Source: Neophaeotheca triangularis (lineage: Eukaryota). From it: 64,000 nucleotides of DNA. The position numbers were made by a program, and so were the translations under genes. Below are positions 36,424-49,325 of the stretch, in pieces (the stretch's first letter is position 1; each line of letters opens with the position of its first letter). The notes below the pieces were generated by a model that ran no database searches, had not been told where the DNA came from, and worked only from the letters and a program-made list of their open reading frames with translations. Location: NCBI GenBank assembly GCA_054600435.1, contig BAAIJX010000053.1, forward strand, positions 62,001-126,000, read 5' to 3'.

Positions 36424-39400
36424 CTACCACAACTCTTCCTCCCTCTCGCTCTCATCCCACAATCCGCCACCACCACTACTTCCCCCTCCCATCTTGGAAG
36501 TATCCTTGGGATATCCCAAATAATCGTGCGTACTACTGACGCTATACCCACCACTCGTCGTTGTCGCGGTGGTAGCATCGCCGCCGCTGGGAGAAGTGCC
36601 CGTCATGATGCCATTGGCGCGCTGTTGCGCCGCGGGGTTGGAGTAGCTGCACGAGGGCCGCGAGGAAGGGGAGGAGTAGTAGTTGTCGCCGCTGCTACCG
36701 TCGTGAGAGGCGTAAGCGTGGTCGCTGCCGCCGGGAGAGGATTGGTCGGTGTCGTACGAGTCGTAGGCCGAGTGGGAGTTGTGGTGCTGTTGGTAGGATG
36801 AAGAGGAGTGGGGGCCGCTGGAGTCTTGGCGGGATTGTTGCTGTTGCGTTGCTTTGTCAGTCTACGTCTATCTACCTTTACTTAGTTTAGGAAAAGTTGG
36901 ACTCACCTCCTGCCATCGCTGGTACTGGCTGTACTCCGCCGGCTGCTCTTCCTTCCTCTGCTGGCCCCCTCCTTTTCCATTCGCGCCGCCCTTGTTGCCA
37001 CCCGGTATCTGCATTTGCGGATGCATCATCTGCACCTTGGCCAGATAGCTGTACATGAAATTGCTGAGCAAGACCTGGCTGTAAAGAGCGCGACGCGGGT
37101 TCGCGAGCTTCATGTGCGCCATGCGGTAGATGGCGCGCTCTTCCAAGATACTAAAGCGCGTCCAGTTGTAGTCAATATCGGGTTTGAGAACACGCGCGGG
37201 TGCTTCGGGGGAGTGGGTGCGTTCGTGGAGGTGTTTGCGCTTCTTGTCTTTGAGGTCGCCTTCGGACGTTTTCTTCTTGCCGCCGCCGAAGATTGCAGAG
37301 AGGATCGACGTGTCCTTGCCACTGGACTCTTTGCCGTCCTTCTCCTTGTCTTTGTCTTTACTCCGGCTCGAGTCGCTCGAGAACTTGCGGCTGCTCTCCT
37401 TCTTGCGTTCCTCATCGAGCTTGACGCTGTCACGATCCAAGACGAGGCTTTCGCGGCCTCTGGAGCTAGTACCGCCGTCGATTGAGGTCTGCAAAAGGTC
37501 CAGTCGAGACTTGTCCGAGGCTTTGCTCAACTTGCTGGCTTTGGATTTGGTGGAAGATGTCTCCTCGTCCTTGCTCTCCTTACTCTCCTTGCCCTTCTTA
37601 CTGCCCTTGTCTTCGTCATCGCTGCCCAAGATCCACTTCCAGCTGCTCTTCCGGCTATTCTTCTCCGCCTTCTTCTCCTCGCCAAAGGTAGGAACCATGG
37701 TCAGCGCATCTGTACCCATGTTCCCGCTCCCAGGCAAAGGCGAAGGGTGTCCTGATATATCATCTAGCGACGTCTGGGCGTTTCGTTCGCGCCCGGGTAC
37801 AGGACGCATATGAGCTCCGCCACGTTGCATGGGCCGAGATGCCTCATGGGAAGACTTGCGTTCGGGGTAATGTTGTTGTTGTTGCTGGGTTGCGGGTTTG
37901 ATGGATCCATCTGGTAAGGTCTCGATGATGTGCGGTAATGGGTTAGTATTGTTGTATCCGGGTAGCTGAGCAGTCGTTCTCCCTTGCGAAGCTATTCTCG
38001 AATGGAACTGTCTCTGCTGGGGTTGACGTTGCGTTTGTTGTTGTGGCTGTTGAGGTTCGCTTTGCTGCTGCTGCTGCTGTTGCTGGTCGTCCTGATGTGA
38101 TTGGCCGCCTCTCGCATGCTGCTCGTTGGAACTTCTCCTTTCCGGGAATTGGTAAGGGTGCTGCTGAGAAGCTTGAGGCTGTGATTGCTGCTGACGACTA
38201 GCAGCAGCCCTCTCCTCTTCGAATGAAGCAGAAAGGCTCTCGCTTGATATCCTATCACCCTCGGTGGTAGAGGACCTAGCGAGATCTTCCGATGATTGTG
38301 ACACACCGAGGCCAGGCCTTCGTTTTGCAGTAGAAGGCCGGGAAAAGTTATCATGCCCGGTGCCTGGTGCCGGTGTTGGCTCAGTCTGTACCCGTGTGAG
38401 ACCCATAATCGGCTCGTCTGCCCCTGGCACTGTTGGCGTCTCCGCACTCGCCATCTCCGCACTCTCCTGCTCTGAGCCACGAGCATGGCCCATCGCACGC
38501 TTGGAGAACGGGACTCGCTCGCCTTTGCGTAGACTGCCACGTCTATACGTCGTCCGCGTTGACCGCTTGAGCGATTGGCCCACGGGAGGTAATATAGGCA
38601 AGTCCCCGCTCGGCGGCACCTCGACACCAGAGTCGTGCGACGTCCTTGCAGTGTCGAGACTCATCCGGCGCATGAGCTGGGCCGGGTCGTTTGCCAAATC
38701 TTCCAGCTCATGCAAGCTAACCTCTGCCTGACCTTCAAGCTGCATGCCCTTTGAGCGCTTCCTCTCCAACCTCTCGGCCCCGTCTTGGTAAGAGCCCTTG
38801 GTATCAATCTGCCGCGAAAGCATGCTCTTTTTCCGTCTAAGGCTACTGCCGCCGCTCGCGCCTGAGCCCGACCTGTCCAAACCCTCCGTTGACAGAGTAT
38901 CCGAGTCGCCAGAAGACCTTCGAATTTGATCTACTCTTTCTTCCACAAATGTCTTGAACTCCTTCGGCGCAAGTTCAGGGTGTAGCCTGGCAGGTACCCA
39001 GAATAACCTGCTGGCGTCGTCGTCGTCGTCTTCGCCATGGGCTGGAGCGTTCGTCGGTGCGCCCGCAAAGCCACCACCGAACGAAGGCAGATCTGGGTCC
39101 GCCATGTCCACGTTCATAGACATGCGTCTGATGGCTTGCAGGTTGCTAAGCTCCTGCGCGACCGCGGCGGGACTCGACTCATAGTCGATATCGTTGAGCG
39201 GGAAATGTTGCACAGCCGTCTCGGATGAGCCGTGCCTACTAAGTGGTGGAGGTGTCGCTTGTCCGCTGCCACCACCATTGCTCCCGCCATTGTTATTGAT
39301 ATCATCCCTCCCAAGGCTGCTCATCCTCTTCAAACTCCTCGATCGTCCGTTGTCAGTCGGACTAGTCGGACTGCCTGGGCTGCCAGGGCTACCAGGACTT

Positions 39401-39877
39401 CTTGGTTGCTGTGACGCTCGCTCTCCGGGACTCCGTGAGTGTTGAGGCACGCGCTCCCCACTGCCTGTTCTCCTCGGCGGGCTAGCACGTCTGTTGTCGA
39501 AATAGCTACCCTGCCTCTTGTCTCTGCTCGCACTAGTTTGGATAGACTCGCCGCCCTTGGGCGACGAGATGAAACTCAACGGCCGGTCATTGTGTCTCGA
39601 GTCCTCTGAATTCGAATCGCCGTAGTAGGATCCAATGGCCTCGGTCACATGGTGGGAGTCGTCGCTGATGGATATCTGAGGCACATGTCCTTTGCGCGCG
39701 TTCCACGCCCTTTCGAGCTCCTTTTGCCTTGCGGAGGGCTGTAGGTGATCCATGGTTAGCTGAGATTCAAGTCTGGCGTCAATACCCTCGCTTTCCAACA
39801 CCACCTCCATCTCTATTACCCGTCCATGTCTCCATCAATCAAGACCGCGGGGCTTCGCTGTGTGGACCCACCTGCAT
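36424..39877 (-). CDS. ZDS1: Zds1 family PP2A-Cdc55 regulator / telomere silencing protein
   Basis: LFWVPARLHPELAP motif and Zds_C domain EERAIYRMAHMKLANPRRALYSQVLLSNFMYSYL. Probable 6-nt first coding exon ATGCAG (39877-39872), intron 39739-39871; intron 36841-36906; ends ...EEELW*. Confidence 0.92.
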
Positions 39878-40710
39878 ATTGAGCCTCCGTTCAGGCTCCA
39901 TTGTCACACGCTTCTGCCGTCACCGCCTGTCCAGACCCGACGATTCAGTCGTAGATGATCCCTCTCAAGTCTCACGTCTCTTTCACCAGCGATTGAACCC
40001 CTGTGCTAGGAGGTGGTGGACGGGACGCAATTGTTCCGCACGTGGCGCAGCCAATCATTGGACCGAGCAAGCAGCGGAAGCCCAGATCATTGAACGCGGC
40101 CGCAGGGTAAGAATGGTATCGCTTCTGGTCGTTGATACACAAATGCCTCGTAATACCAGTCGGTGCAGTGGTGGTGGTTTTGTCGTCGTAGTCGTCGTCG
40201 TCGCTGCTGGGAGCGGAGGGCAGGGGCAATAGTAAGGGGGGGCCCGTGTGAGTAGAGGAGTAGTAGTGTGCAGTGAAAGTCGTGGTCCAGCGAGCGGGAT
40301 CGTGCATGAGAGGCTCGAGAGAGCGAGGCTGACCACCTCGGGCGTCTTGGCACGGTTCGAGTAAGCAGGCGCTTGCGGGTTTAGCTTTCAGGGGGCCGTT
40401 GTGCTCTAACCGCGTCGCCGGTCGACAGGCGGGAAGGGGTCAATAAGAATGGAACAGCCACCCGACAGTCCACGGTACCTTGACGTGAAGATTTATCATG
40501 TTCTCGGCGACCAGAGATGCAGCAGTGACGAAACTAGAGACACAATCAAGCATATGTAGTATTGGAGCACCAAACAATGAAAATATACGCAATATATCAG
40601 TGAGTAGGGTATCTCGAAGCACACGCCACACCACCAAATGACGCCTCCACGATTCTCTACCAACGCCATTGATTAAGGTTTCCGCCCTCCTCATCCAGCC
40701 TCATCCACAC

Positions 40711-42689
40711 TCAAGCATTACCACTGCCCGTCCATTTTCTCCACCACACCACCCCAACCGCCGCGCCAGCTGCAACCGCAGCACCGACGCCTATCCAGAC
40801 AATCGTTCTGTCGCCTCGATCGACTTCCTCTTCCTTAGCAAACGCCTGAGAAGGGAACGTCGCGCTCTCGGCTAGATGAACGAAGAACTCGCTCGCGCTG
40901 CCCCACGTGACACTGACGTGCAAGGGTTTCGACATCTTGAGCTCCTCACAAAAGACGTCCGGCTGGGTCTCAGTTCGCTGCACCACCCTGTCCTTGTCGG
41001 CTTTCAGAGCTGTGAAAATGCTCGGTAGATTGCGAACGGCCGGGTACTGCTTTTGGAGGTCCAAAACGTGCGAGAAACTATCGGCATCTGATGAATCGTA
41101 GCAATAGGCCAGCAAGTCGCAGGCATCCAACTTGGCTTGATTGTCCAGTATAGCCGACTCGAGCTCTCCAAGCTCCTTCAAGATGAGGTAGCATTGTTTT
41201 CCGCCCTGCAGCTCGACAGAGTTGACTGCTGTTTGGGGTTTGATGGTGGGGTGGTATGCGCTGTTGAACGGACGGTTGAGGAAGCTATTCAGAAGTGCAG
41301 ACTTGCCAGAATGTGGTGCACCAAGCACATAGCAGAGGAACACATTGCGCTCGACACGGCCTGGTCGATTGCGACGCTTACGTGCCTTTGTGACTTTGAG
41401 CGCGGAAGTCGTGCCATTGCGTTCCTGCGTTTCGAAGCCAAGGTAGGCAAGGTAGGCGAGAGTCGTCTTTGGCTCCTCAAAAGTTGTCATGCTCCATTGC
41501 GCTAGCCAGCCCTGCAAAGTAATGTACCCTGCCTCGTTCCGAACAGTACAGGAAGGAAAGTCAGAGTCTACCCAGCTGGCTGGAATGCCAGGAGTGGGTG
41601 CGAAGAGCGTAGCCAGCTCCTTATCGTTCAAACCCCCATCATTATCCTTGTCATGGAGCAAGAAAAGATCGACGAAAAAGCGGTAACCAGCTGGACTCAA
41701 TTCTGCCGAGGCGTACGGCGGAACATCAAACCTTGGGTGCAGAAATGTATCCTTGAGCGTCAGGGAGTCGGAGTACTGGAATTTGCGCAAGATGATCCAG
41801 ATGGTCTCGTGCCGGCCCTTCTCTGCGAACATCTTATTGAGCAGCAGGAAGTCATCAACACTGATACCTTGCGTAATCTTTTCGTCCTCCCACGACGGCG
41901 CATACGAAGCACGTTTGCGGATGGACAGCTTGATGTTCTCCAGCTCTTCCTCGGACAAATCCTTGTCAAAGCACTTGGTTTGGAAAGCGTACAGCTCTTT
42001 ATCGCTGAGTAACCCATCTTGGTCCTTATCACATAGATAGAAGACCCTCTTCAGCGCCTCGACTGCCTCGGGCTTGAGACAGCTTTCCTTCGAGTCGTAG
42101 AGCGGCGCGATCGGGTGCGTGACCGCTTTCTGACAGAGGAAGAAGACCTCGTTGATGTTGTGGTTCTCCCTAGCGCTTGTCCTGATGCAGCTGTCTATCT
42201 CCTTGAATTCAGCCATCACCGGCAGCATTTCCTCCTCTATCACTTGGCTGGTAGTTTGAGCAGGTGGCGCAAGGTCGGACTTGTTAGCGCAAAGAACGAC
42301 GGGTACATTGACCCCAAGAGAGCGAAAATAGGGTAGCCAAAAAAGAGCGACGCGCTCATAGCTGTAGTGGTCGCTGTAGACGAGAAGGATAACGTTTGAT
42401 TTGCGGACTTCTTTGCGCAGATTATTGCGCTCCTCTGGTAAAGAAGAGGTATCGATGATTGTCGTAGTGACATTCTCAGGAGTGCCTATTGTAGGCGGCA
42501 AGGTGATTGGGGGTAGGACGGGTTGGATCTTGGAGGTGACGAAGGTGTCCTTTACGAAGGAGGTGAGGAGGGAAGATTTTCCTACGTTTTCGTCGCCGCA
42601 GATGCATATTCGCACTGCGAGCATGTTAGAGTCAGCACTGTTGAAGGCTAATGGATTGTGTGCGAAGCGTGCGACCGACCTGTGGCCAT
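40711..42689 (-). CDS. GEM1: Mitochondrial Rho GTPase Miro
   Basis: [18 protein letters not shown] (intron 42615-42679), two EF hands (DKDQDG, DKDNDG), second GTPase domain, C-terminal TM anchor. Confidence 0.97.
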
Positions 42690-43749
42690 CTTGTTGAAAG
42701 ACGGTTGTGTTGTTGTTGCTGCTTGGAGGCCTGGAGATCTGGTGAAGGCCTATACACGCCCGCGTTGGACGACTTTGGAAGCAGGCAGGTGGGCCGAAAC
42801 TCCTTTGCACCTCGCGGTGTGGCTGAATAATGTGACAAGACAACAACGATGTCGACGGGGGGTACTTGTTATTATTTAGGTATCTTAACGTTCGACATCT
42901 ATACCGGGTCTGCGTGTGGACGCGTTGACGGGACAAGCAACGTGAGCTTGAGTGCAGTAAACGTATATCAAGATACTCCGGTGCCCCTGCGCAACGACCT
43001 AGGTCGAATGTTTCAGGCTTGCAGCCAACAATCAAACAACAAGCATAGCGGCCATTCCATATTGCACTACCTTATTGTCTGTCGGCCGACGAGACGAATC
43101 TTGTAGGTACGGAAACTACCTACCTTACCTGGTGCCAACATCCATACCACCACCATCACCATCACCATCCCGTGTCTGATGTCTGATGTCCGCGTCAGAC
43201 GATCAGTAGGTAGAAATCGAGTCCAGAGCGGTGGCTGTGCCAATGCAGGTGGCGTCGGGTCGGGATCGACCGTGATGCAGGGAGCGAGAAGGCCCACCCG
43301 TGGTCCACATGGTCCGGATCGGGTGCTAGTGCTTGTGTGGGTACTATCCATCATCAGTCTACCTGTAGTAAGGTAAGTAGTGACTTGTCGTGACGTCTGA
43401 AGCTTCGTTGCCTTGACCCTGGGCTCCCGTCGGCTGCACATAAAACCTTCCACCTCCCGAGTCTGAGGCTCGATGCTATACTCTCCAAAGACAAATACGC
43501 CTCATTATTCCCCAAAACCCTAGCTGACTTATCGAGCTACTACAACCCCTACCTGAAGTTCGAACTTGACCATCTTTTTCACCACAAGGTAAGCAATAAG
43601 CATGTCTTCGAAGCCCGCCAAGAGATCGAATCAAGGCCCCAGATCACAACCCTGGCAGCACATCACGTACATCGCCTTTCAAAGCCACCTCAGCGTTGCA
43701 TGCTAACCTCGACCTCATTCAGTCGGGACCACCTACCCTCTCAGCAACC

Positions 43750-45231
43750 ATGTCCAGCGTCTCATCTCCCACCTCGCCGCAGCAGCGCCAAATGCCGACC
43801 CGAACCAACACCAGTGGCACGAGTGGCTCCGCCGAGGAAGCAATTCCCGAAGAAGATAACACGGAGCTCACTCGTCTCTTCAACGAGCGTTTGTCAGCGT
43901 GGAAGCACGCTTGCGCATACCTCGAAGACTACGTCACTGCCACGGAGAAGCTAGAACATAACACCAGCAAGGAGTATGAGAGAGTGCTCAAGCCGGTCAG
44001 CCACCCGCTCAAGGAAGGCGAGCATTTTGAGCAGAGCCTGGGCGGTATTGCTGGCATGTTCGACAACATCCGGAGCAACACCCAAGGCTTGTGCAACTCC
44101 CACGCCGATACGGCAAAGACTCTCAAGGGGAGCGTGTTGCCCATCTTCGAGCGCTTGCACACCGAGATCAAGAACAAGACAAAGGAGCTCACCAAGGGTG
44201 CTGGCAAAGGATCGAAACTGGTCGAGAAGGCGCGTCAAACATCGCAAAAGCAAATCGAGCTTCTCGGCCAAAATACTGCATCTTTCGATAGCTCTGGTGG
44301 ACACCTCAAGGCCGACCAGGACCCCTACACTCTGCAGAGGCAGGTCTACCACCGCCTCAACAAGCAAGTGATGGAGGAGAACAACAACCGCGAAGACCTT
44401 CTCGCTGTACAGAACCACTTTGCGCAATTCGAAGCCCACGTTGTGCAAACCTTTCAACAAGGCATCAGCCAGTTCAACCAAGTCCTTACCAACCAGGCCA
44501 ATCAAACTCAACAAATGTACAACGATGTTGCCTCGACAACCCAAAAGATCCCAGCAGACTTCGAATGGAACGGCTTCCATAAACGCTACAACAACGTCCT
44601 CATCGACCCACAATCCCCGAAACGCAGCGTCGAAGCCATCACCTTCCCCAACCAAGACCACCGCTCCACCCAACCTCTGATCGCAGGTAGTCTGGAACGC
44701 AAAGGCAAGATGCTCAAGCGCTACGAAACCGGCTTCTTCGTCGTCACCCCTGCCGGGTTTCTGCACGAGTTCAAAACCGACGACGACTTTGCCAAAGACC
44801 CATATCCAGAAGCATCCCTATACCTCCCTGACTGCGTCGTCGGCGCCGTCGACGGCCAGAAATTCAACATCAAGGGCAAGAACGCCGGCGGCGGCCTCGC
44901 TAGCAAAATGAGCTTTTCCCACGAATATGCTTTCAAGGCCCACACGGGCGCCGATGCGCAGAAGTGGCACCAGATTGTTAGCAGCGTCGCTGGCGGCACA
45001 ACCCAAGAGAAGCCCGAGTCCCCGACGACTACTGAAGCCGGCAGTCGCCAAGGCAGCGGGCAGTTCCCGCCGGAAAAGGGTTCGGTTGCCGGCACCAGCA
45101 CTGATGGCCAGAGCGAGATGACCCCCACCACTAGCAACACCGCGGAGACGGAGGCAGCGGGACCGCAGGAGGGCGTAGCGGCTGGTGACCAGGCTGCTCC
45201 CGCGCCTGCTGCTGGGCCGGAGAAAGTTTAG
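43750..45231 (+). CDS. BAR-PH domain protein (Slm1-like)
   Basis: Helical BAR-like region (ERLSAWKH...DFEW) followed by a PH domain (GSLERKGK, VVTPAGFLHEF, FKAHT..AQKW); probable 5' UTR intron ~43589-43722. Confidence 0.85.
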   Translation: MSSVSSPTSPQQRQMPTRTNTSGTSGSAEEAIPEEDNTELTRLFNERLSAWKHACAYLEDYVTATEKLEHNTSKEYERVLKPVSHPLKEGEHFEQSLGGIAGMFDNIRSNTQGLCNSHADTAKTLKGSVLPIFERLHTEIKNKTKELTKGAGKGSKLVEKARQTSQKQIELLGQNTASFDSSGGHLKADQDPYTLQRQVYHRLNKQVMEENNNREDLLAVQNHFAQFEAHVVQTFQQGISQFNQVLTNQANQTQQMYNDVASTTQKIPADFEWNGFHKRYNNVLIDPQSPKRSVEAITFPNQDHRSTQPLIAGSLERKGKMLKRYETGFFVVTPAGFLHEFKTDDDFAKDPYPEASLYLPDCVVGAVDGQKFNIKGKNAGGGLASKMSFSHEYAFKAHTGADAQKWHQIVSSVAGGTTQEKPESPTTTEAGSRQGSGQFPPEKGSVAGTSTDGQSEMTPTTSNTAETEAAGPQEGVAAGDQAAPAPAAGPEKV

Positions 45232-45807
45232 AAAGCGGGCTGAGAGGGAGGTGAGAGATGTTTCTTCAAGCGCGACAGTGGGAAAGGTTGAGCGTTGAGG
45301 GTGACGGAACGGGAGGTGTCTGTTTTGGTCTCGTTTCCTTTCTCTGCGTGCGTGCTTGTTTGCTGGTTGATGTGAGGCGGAACAAGCGGATACCCTAAGT
45401 AGTATGGATGATCGTCATGGTAACAGCGGGGTGGGAAGTAATTTCGGTAGGAATGGCAGGTTATGAGTTATGTGTGCATGCTTTTTATCTAATTCGGGGG
45501 AGATACCTAGTACTACGTCTACTTTTTGCACCTTTGTCCTCCCTTTCTCTTGTGCTGATTTTACTTGATAGCTTGGTTGAAGCTGGTTGTGCAGCAGGTA
45601 TGAGCAGCGATGCCCGAAGCAAGCCCAGCTCTATGGTTAAATCATCACCGGCTAGCAATTATCTCTTCGTCTCTTTTTCTCCCTCACCGCCTTCTCCTCT
45701 CTCTCTCTCTCTCTCTCTCTCCCCCTCTACCCCATCTTCTGCCTCTTGGCCGCATCGTCTTGCTTATCACACTCCGCGTGGCCCAAGAGATCGGCTAGAC
45801 GCTCCAT

Positions 45808-47366
45808 CTAGGTGGCCGGTCTCTGGTACCCCCCCGGCGCCACTGCGCTAACTTCTCCCTTGCGAGAAGACGCGCCGCCATCATGGCTCTTATCAGAAGG
45901 TTCGCGGAGTCTTTTGGCGGCGGTGGTGAAGGGCGTGCTGGAGGTGCTAGCTCCGAAGGGGCCAGTACCGGTGGGTATGGAGCCGGAGATGTTGGCCGGC
46001 GTGCTAAAACGTGTCGGCGTCCTTTCGCTGGCTTCTCGGCTGCCGAAGCTGAAGGTCTGCGCACCGAAGGGAGTTGGCGGTTTGACGGTTGAATCGCTGG
46101 AGCCGTGATCGAAGGCACTGACAAACGTCGATGAACCGATAGCACCTTGAGAGAGGAAGCTATAGCTTTGCGTACAGGAACCTGTTGGAGTTGTGTTGTT
46201 TGGGCCACCCTTTTCCTGCGCGGCTTGTCCGAACGAGTCGAAAGGACGTTCTGATGGCAAATCTTTGCGAATTGGAGGTAATTTCACCGTGGGAATGAGA
46301 CCTGTAGAGGTGGTGCTCAGATTGGCCGGGTCTGCCCTAAAGCCCGCTTCTATAGCTCTTGGAGGCTCGGAGGCCCTTCTCTTTGGCTCTGGGGTCCCTC
46401 CTGATGCCGCGCTTACTTTTCTGCTGTTCTCAGATGCCTGGGTGGTAGGTGAGGCCGCGTTGATCAGCGCCCTTGGCGTCTGAATAGCCGAGGTCGTCGT
46501 GCCCTTGGGAGTTGCGAAATACCATGATGGAGTCGATGCTGCGATGATTTGGGAATAGCGAGGTAGGAGTTCATTGCGTAGTGTTTCGGCGCGTTGCTTG
46601 AGATGAGCGATTCTTCCCTGCCGGTGCGGCATCACAACGAGGTCCGAGTTCTTGACGTCCCTTTCTAGTTCGCTGATCCAAAACCGGCACGAATCCAGAC
46701 GGCAGACTGCTGCTCTGTTTGCGTCATTCTGGCGGGAATCGGAGGAAAGGCGAGCATGGGGCTAGATGCGGCTATCTCTTTGAGTTTGGCAGAGCGGAGG
46801 TAGATAGATGCACGCCAAAAAGCGCCAAGCGAAGGTGTACGAATGAAGTTCCCGCAGGTCCACAAGTCAAAGTCATTGACATTGGCACCAATGATTGCTG
46901 GAATGGGCCCATAAGCTGGGATATGGAAGGACTGCGGATCTTCCGAATCCCACAAGGCATCCAATGTAAGGGCAACGGCGGGCTTACGAACAAGCCTGGT
47001 CAAGGTAAGTCTTTCATGCTCGTACTGCGTGCCCACATCGGTCAGCGAGGCCAAGCTACTCGTAGTATTCTGGATCAGGAAGGAACCCTTCGCTCGACGG
47101 ATGAGTCTGGATGCGGTTGAGACACAGGTGGCAGCAGCAGCAAATTCCTCTGGGTTTTCCGTCTCCCCAAAGGCGTTGAGAACACGCTGTGCACGAGTGA
47201 GATTCAGCTCAAGCTCGTCGGTGTTGGAGAGACTGTCCATGCCGGCGCGGATTCGGTGGAGAAGCCTGTCACACTGGGCCACTGAGAGATGCTTGATGTC
47301 TGCGGTTGTGAGGACTGCGTTGGAAGACAATGCGACTGCACCCGCACCGGCGCCCGCATCAGCCAT
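45808..47366 (-). pseudogene. Hypothetical ~520-aa gene split by a single-base frameshift (or sequencing error)
   Basis: ORF 47366-46665 overlaps the open frame of ORF 46635-45808; adding one T to GGTTTTGG (~46678-46685) gives a continuous ...AVWIRAGFWISELERDVK.... Confidence 0.5.
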
Positions 47367-49325
47367 AGCTGATGTCTGATGTCTGATATACCTTATGTTG
47401 CTTGGTTGCGAGGTGAAGGTCTTTTGGGTGTGTTGTGGACTTTGTTGACGTTGGGAAGTTCGACCACAACCTGAACTGAACGCCGCTCAGCCTTCTGCAA
47501 AAGCGCGTCCCGTTTTGGGCGCGTTGACGTGCCTTCCCCTTTCGCCCACGCCATGGGTCGTCATCGGCGCTTGGCAAATCTCAGGTCGGGCGGGACCTCA
47601 TCGCCAAAAGTTCAAGGTTCATAGGCAGAAGCAGCCCAAAGACCTGACCGCCAGACACAATCACCAACTGCAAATGCCATGCATACACGCAGAAGCAAAG
47701 CATCGGCCGACTCCTCCCGTTACCGGCTGACTCTTTGACAAAGCGCATGAGCGACCTTGTTCCCAGCCACTGCGAGAGAGTTTCAGGCCTGGGTGTTTTC
47801 CATCGAATGACTAGCTCGTACTGCTTGCAGAGCAGAAACGGCCTCCAAGGAAACGCGAGAGAAACGAAGAATACTATACAACTTACCTTGGTGCTCGATA
47901 TGTCCCGCGCAGCAACGAAAGAGAAGCAACAAGATTGATATGGAGCAGTCTGGACATCAGTGGAATGGCAGCGCCGGTCTTGGAGATCGAGCCTTCAGTC
48001 TACTACCACTTTTACTTTGCTCAGCCATAATGCTTCGTTGAATGGATGGCAATCTGGCAAAAGGCTACGCCCTCTCAATGTCTCTTGGAAGGATTTCCAT
48101 CCCACGACGACCTAAGAACGGCTGAAGACGATAAGGTGACTTGCATGCTTGCTATTATCCACGATGAAATCCCGACCACTTGGCACATAACGTACCTTCG
48201 ACCTTGTCTTCAAAGGGGAGAGCTCGTCCTAGTACCCAGGTTCTCGACATGTTGGCCGGCAAGCAGTGAACGCACAATCTCCCCCCCAACTTCTTCTCTC
48301 CCTAAACGCGCGGGACACGACTCACCCGACATCTTCAGGACCTTGAAACCATTAGCGAGCGATGCTTGAAACCTTGAGGAGACATGGCACAAGTAAGGTA
48401 GCCAGCTTTCGACGGCACCCTCCTCCAACGCTACGCCGAGTGAATGACGACACCCTCTTCTTGTTGGGGAGTACAGGAATTCGAGACTGAGGCTCTTAAG
48501 TACTTTGCGAATGTAGCAATTCCAACGACAAGGGTCGCACAAGCACGCTTGCTCAAAGAATGGCGCCGTGAGCAAAAGAACAGAGAGGGGGGCGAGTGAT
48601 GTCTGCCAGGAGGTAAGAAAGTGCAAGGACAAGAAGGACATAACCTTATTCCCAACGCTGACCGGGTTCCCCAGAGACCCAGACCCAGACCCAGACCCTC
48701 GGAGGCAAAATGTCCGGCTCGAAGTATGCGCAGCACGCGCCTGCACGTGGCTTCGGTGACGTCTCTATCGTTCGCCGGATCATGGACCTGGGCTGTTCGA
48801 GCTACTAGGTACCCTTTGGTGTCCGGGGAGAGGGAACAACAGTAGAGGCGTTGTACACTAAGTCTTTATGGGTCGCGTCCTAAGATCTTGTCTCCAGGAC
48901 ACACAAAAAAGGGATGGATCTAAAGACGTACCTAGGTAGTAACGAATTTCGTCGCAGGACGACTGCAATAATAATAATGCGAGCTCTCGGGGGACGATTA
49001 GCCGCGTACCGAAGGAAGCTCAACCCCACAGTCGCGATGCGCATTGACATCGAGGGACAGGGCAATATCCATCCACTACCTACCTCCTACATACAGTACA
49101 TGCGCCTCGTTCGCTTTCTACCTAGACTACATAACATCGCGCAACTCGCATCCACTCTACTTTCGATCTATTCAAACCCCCTTCCCCTCCTCCATACCTC
49201 CTCTGCACCATCTGACTCCCACCTGACCTCCGAATGCCATAGCTGGCATCGTTCGCCATTGACCGGCGGCACCTCTTGATAAGCAGCATACGAGCCTTTG
49301 AGGCATCAGTTGTCGCGCCTTCACA

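Noticed and set aside
42690..43035. N-terminal extension of the GEM1 ORF in the track
   Set aside because: Read-through upstream of the true ATG at 42689 and across intron 1.
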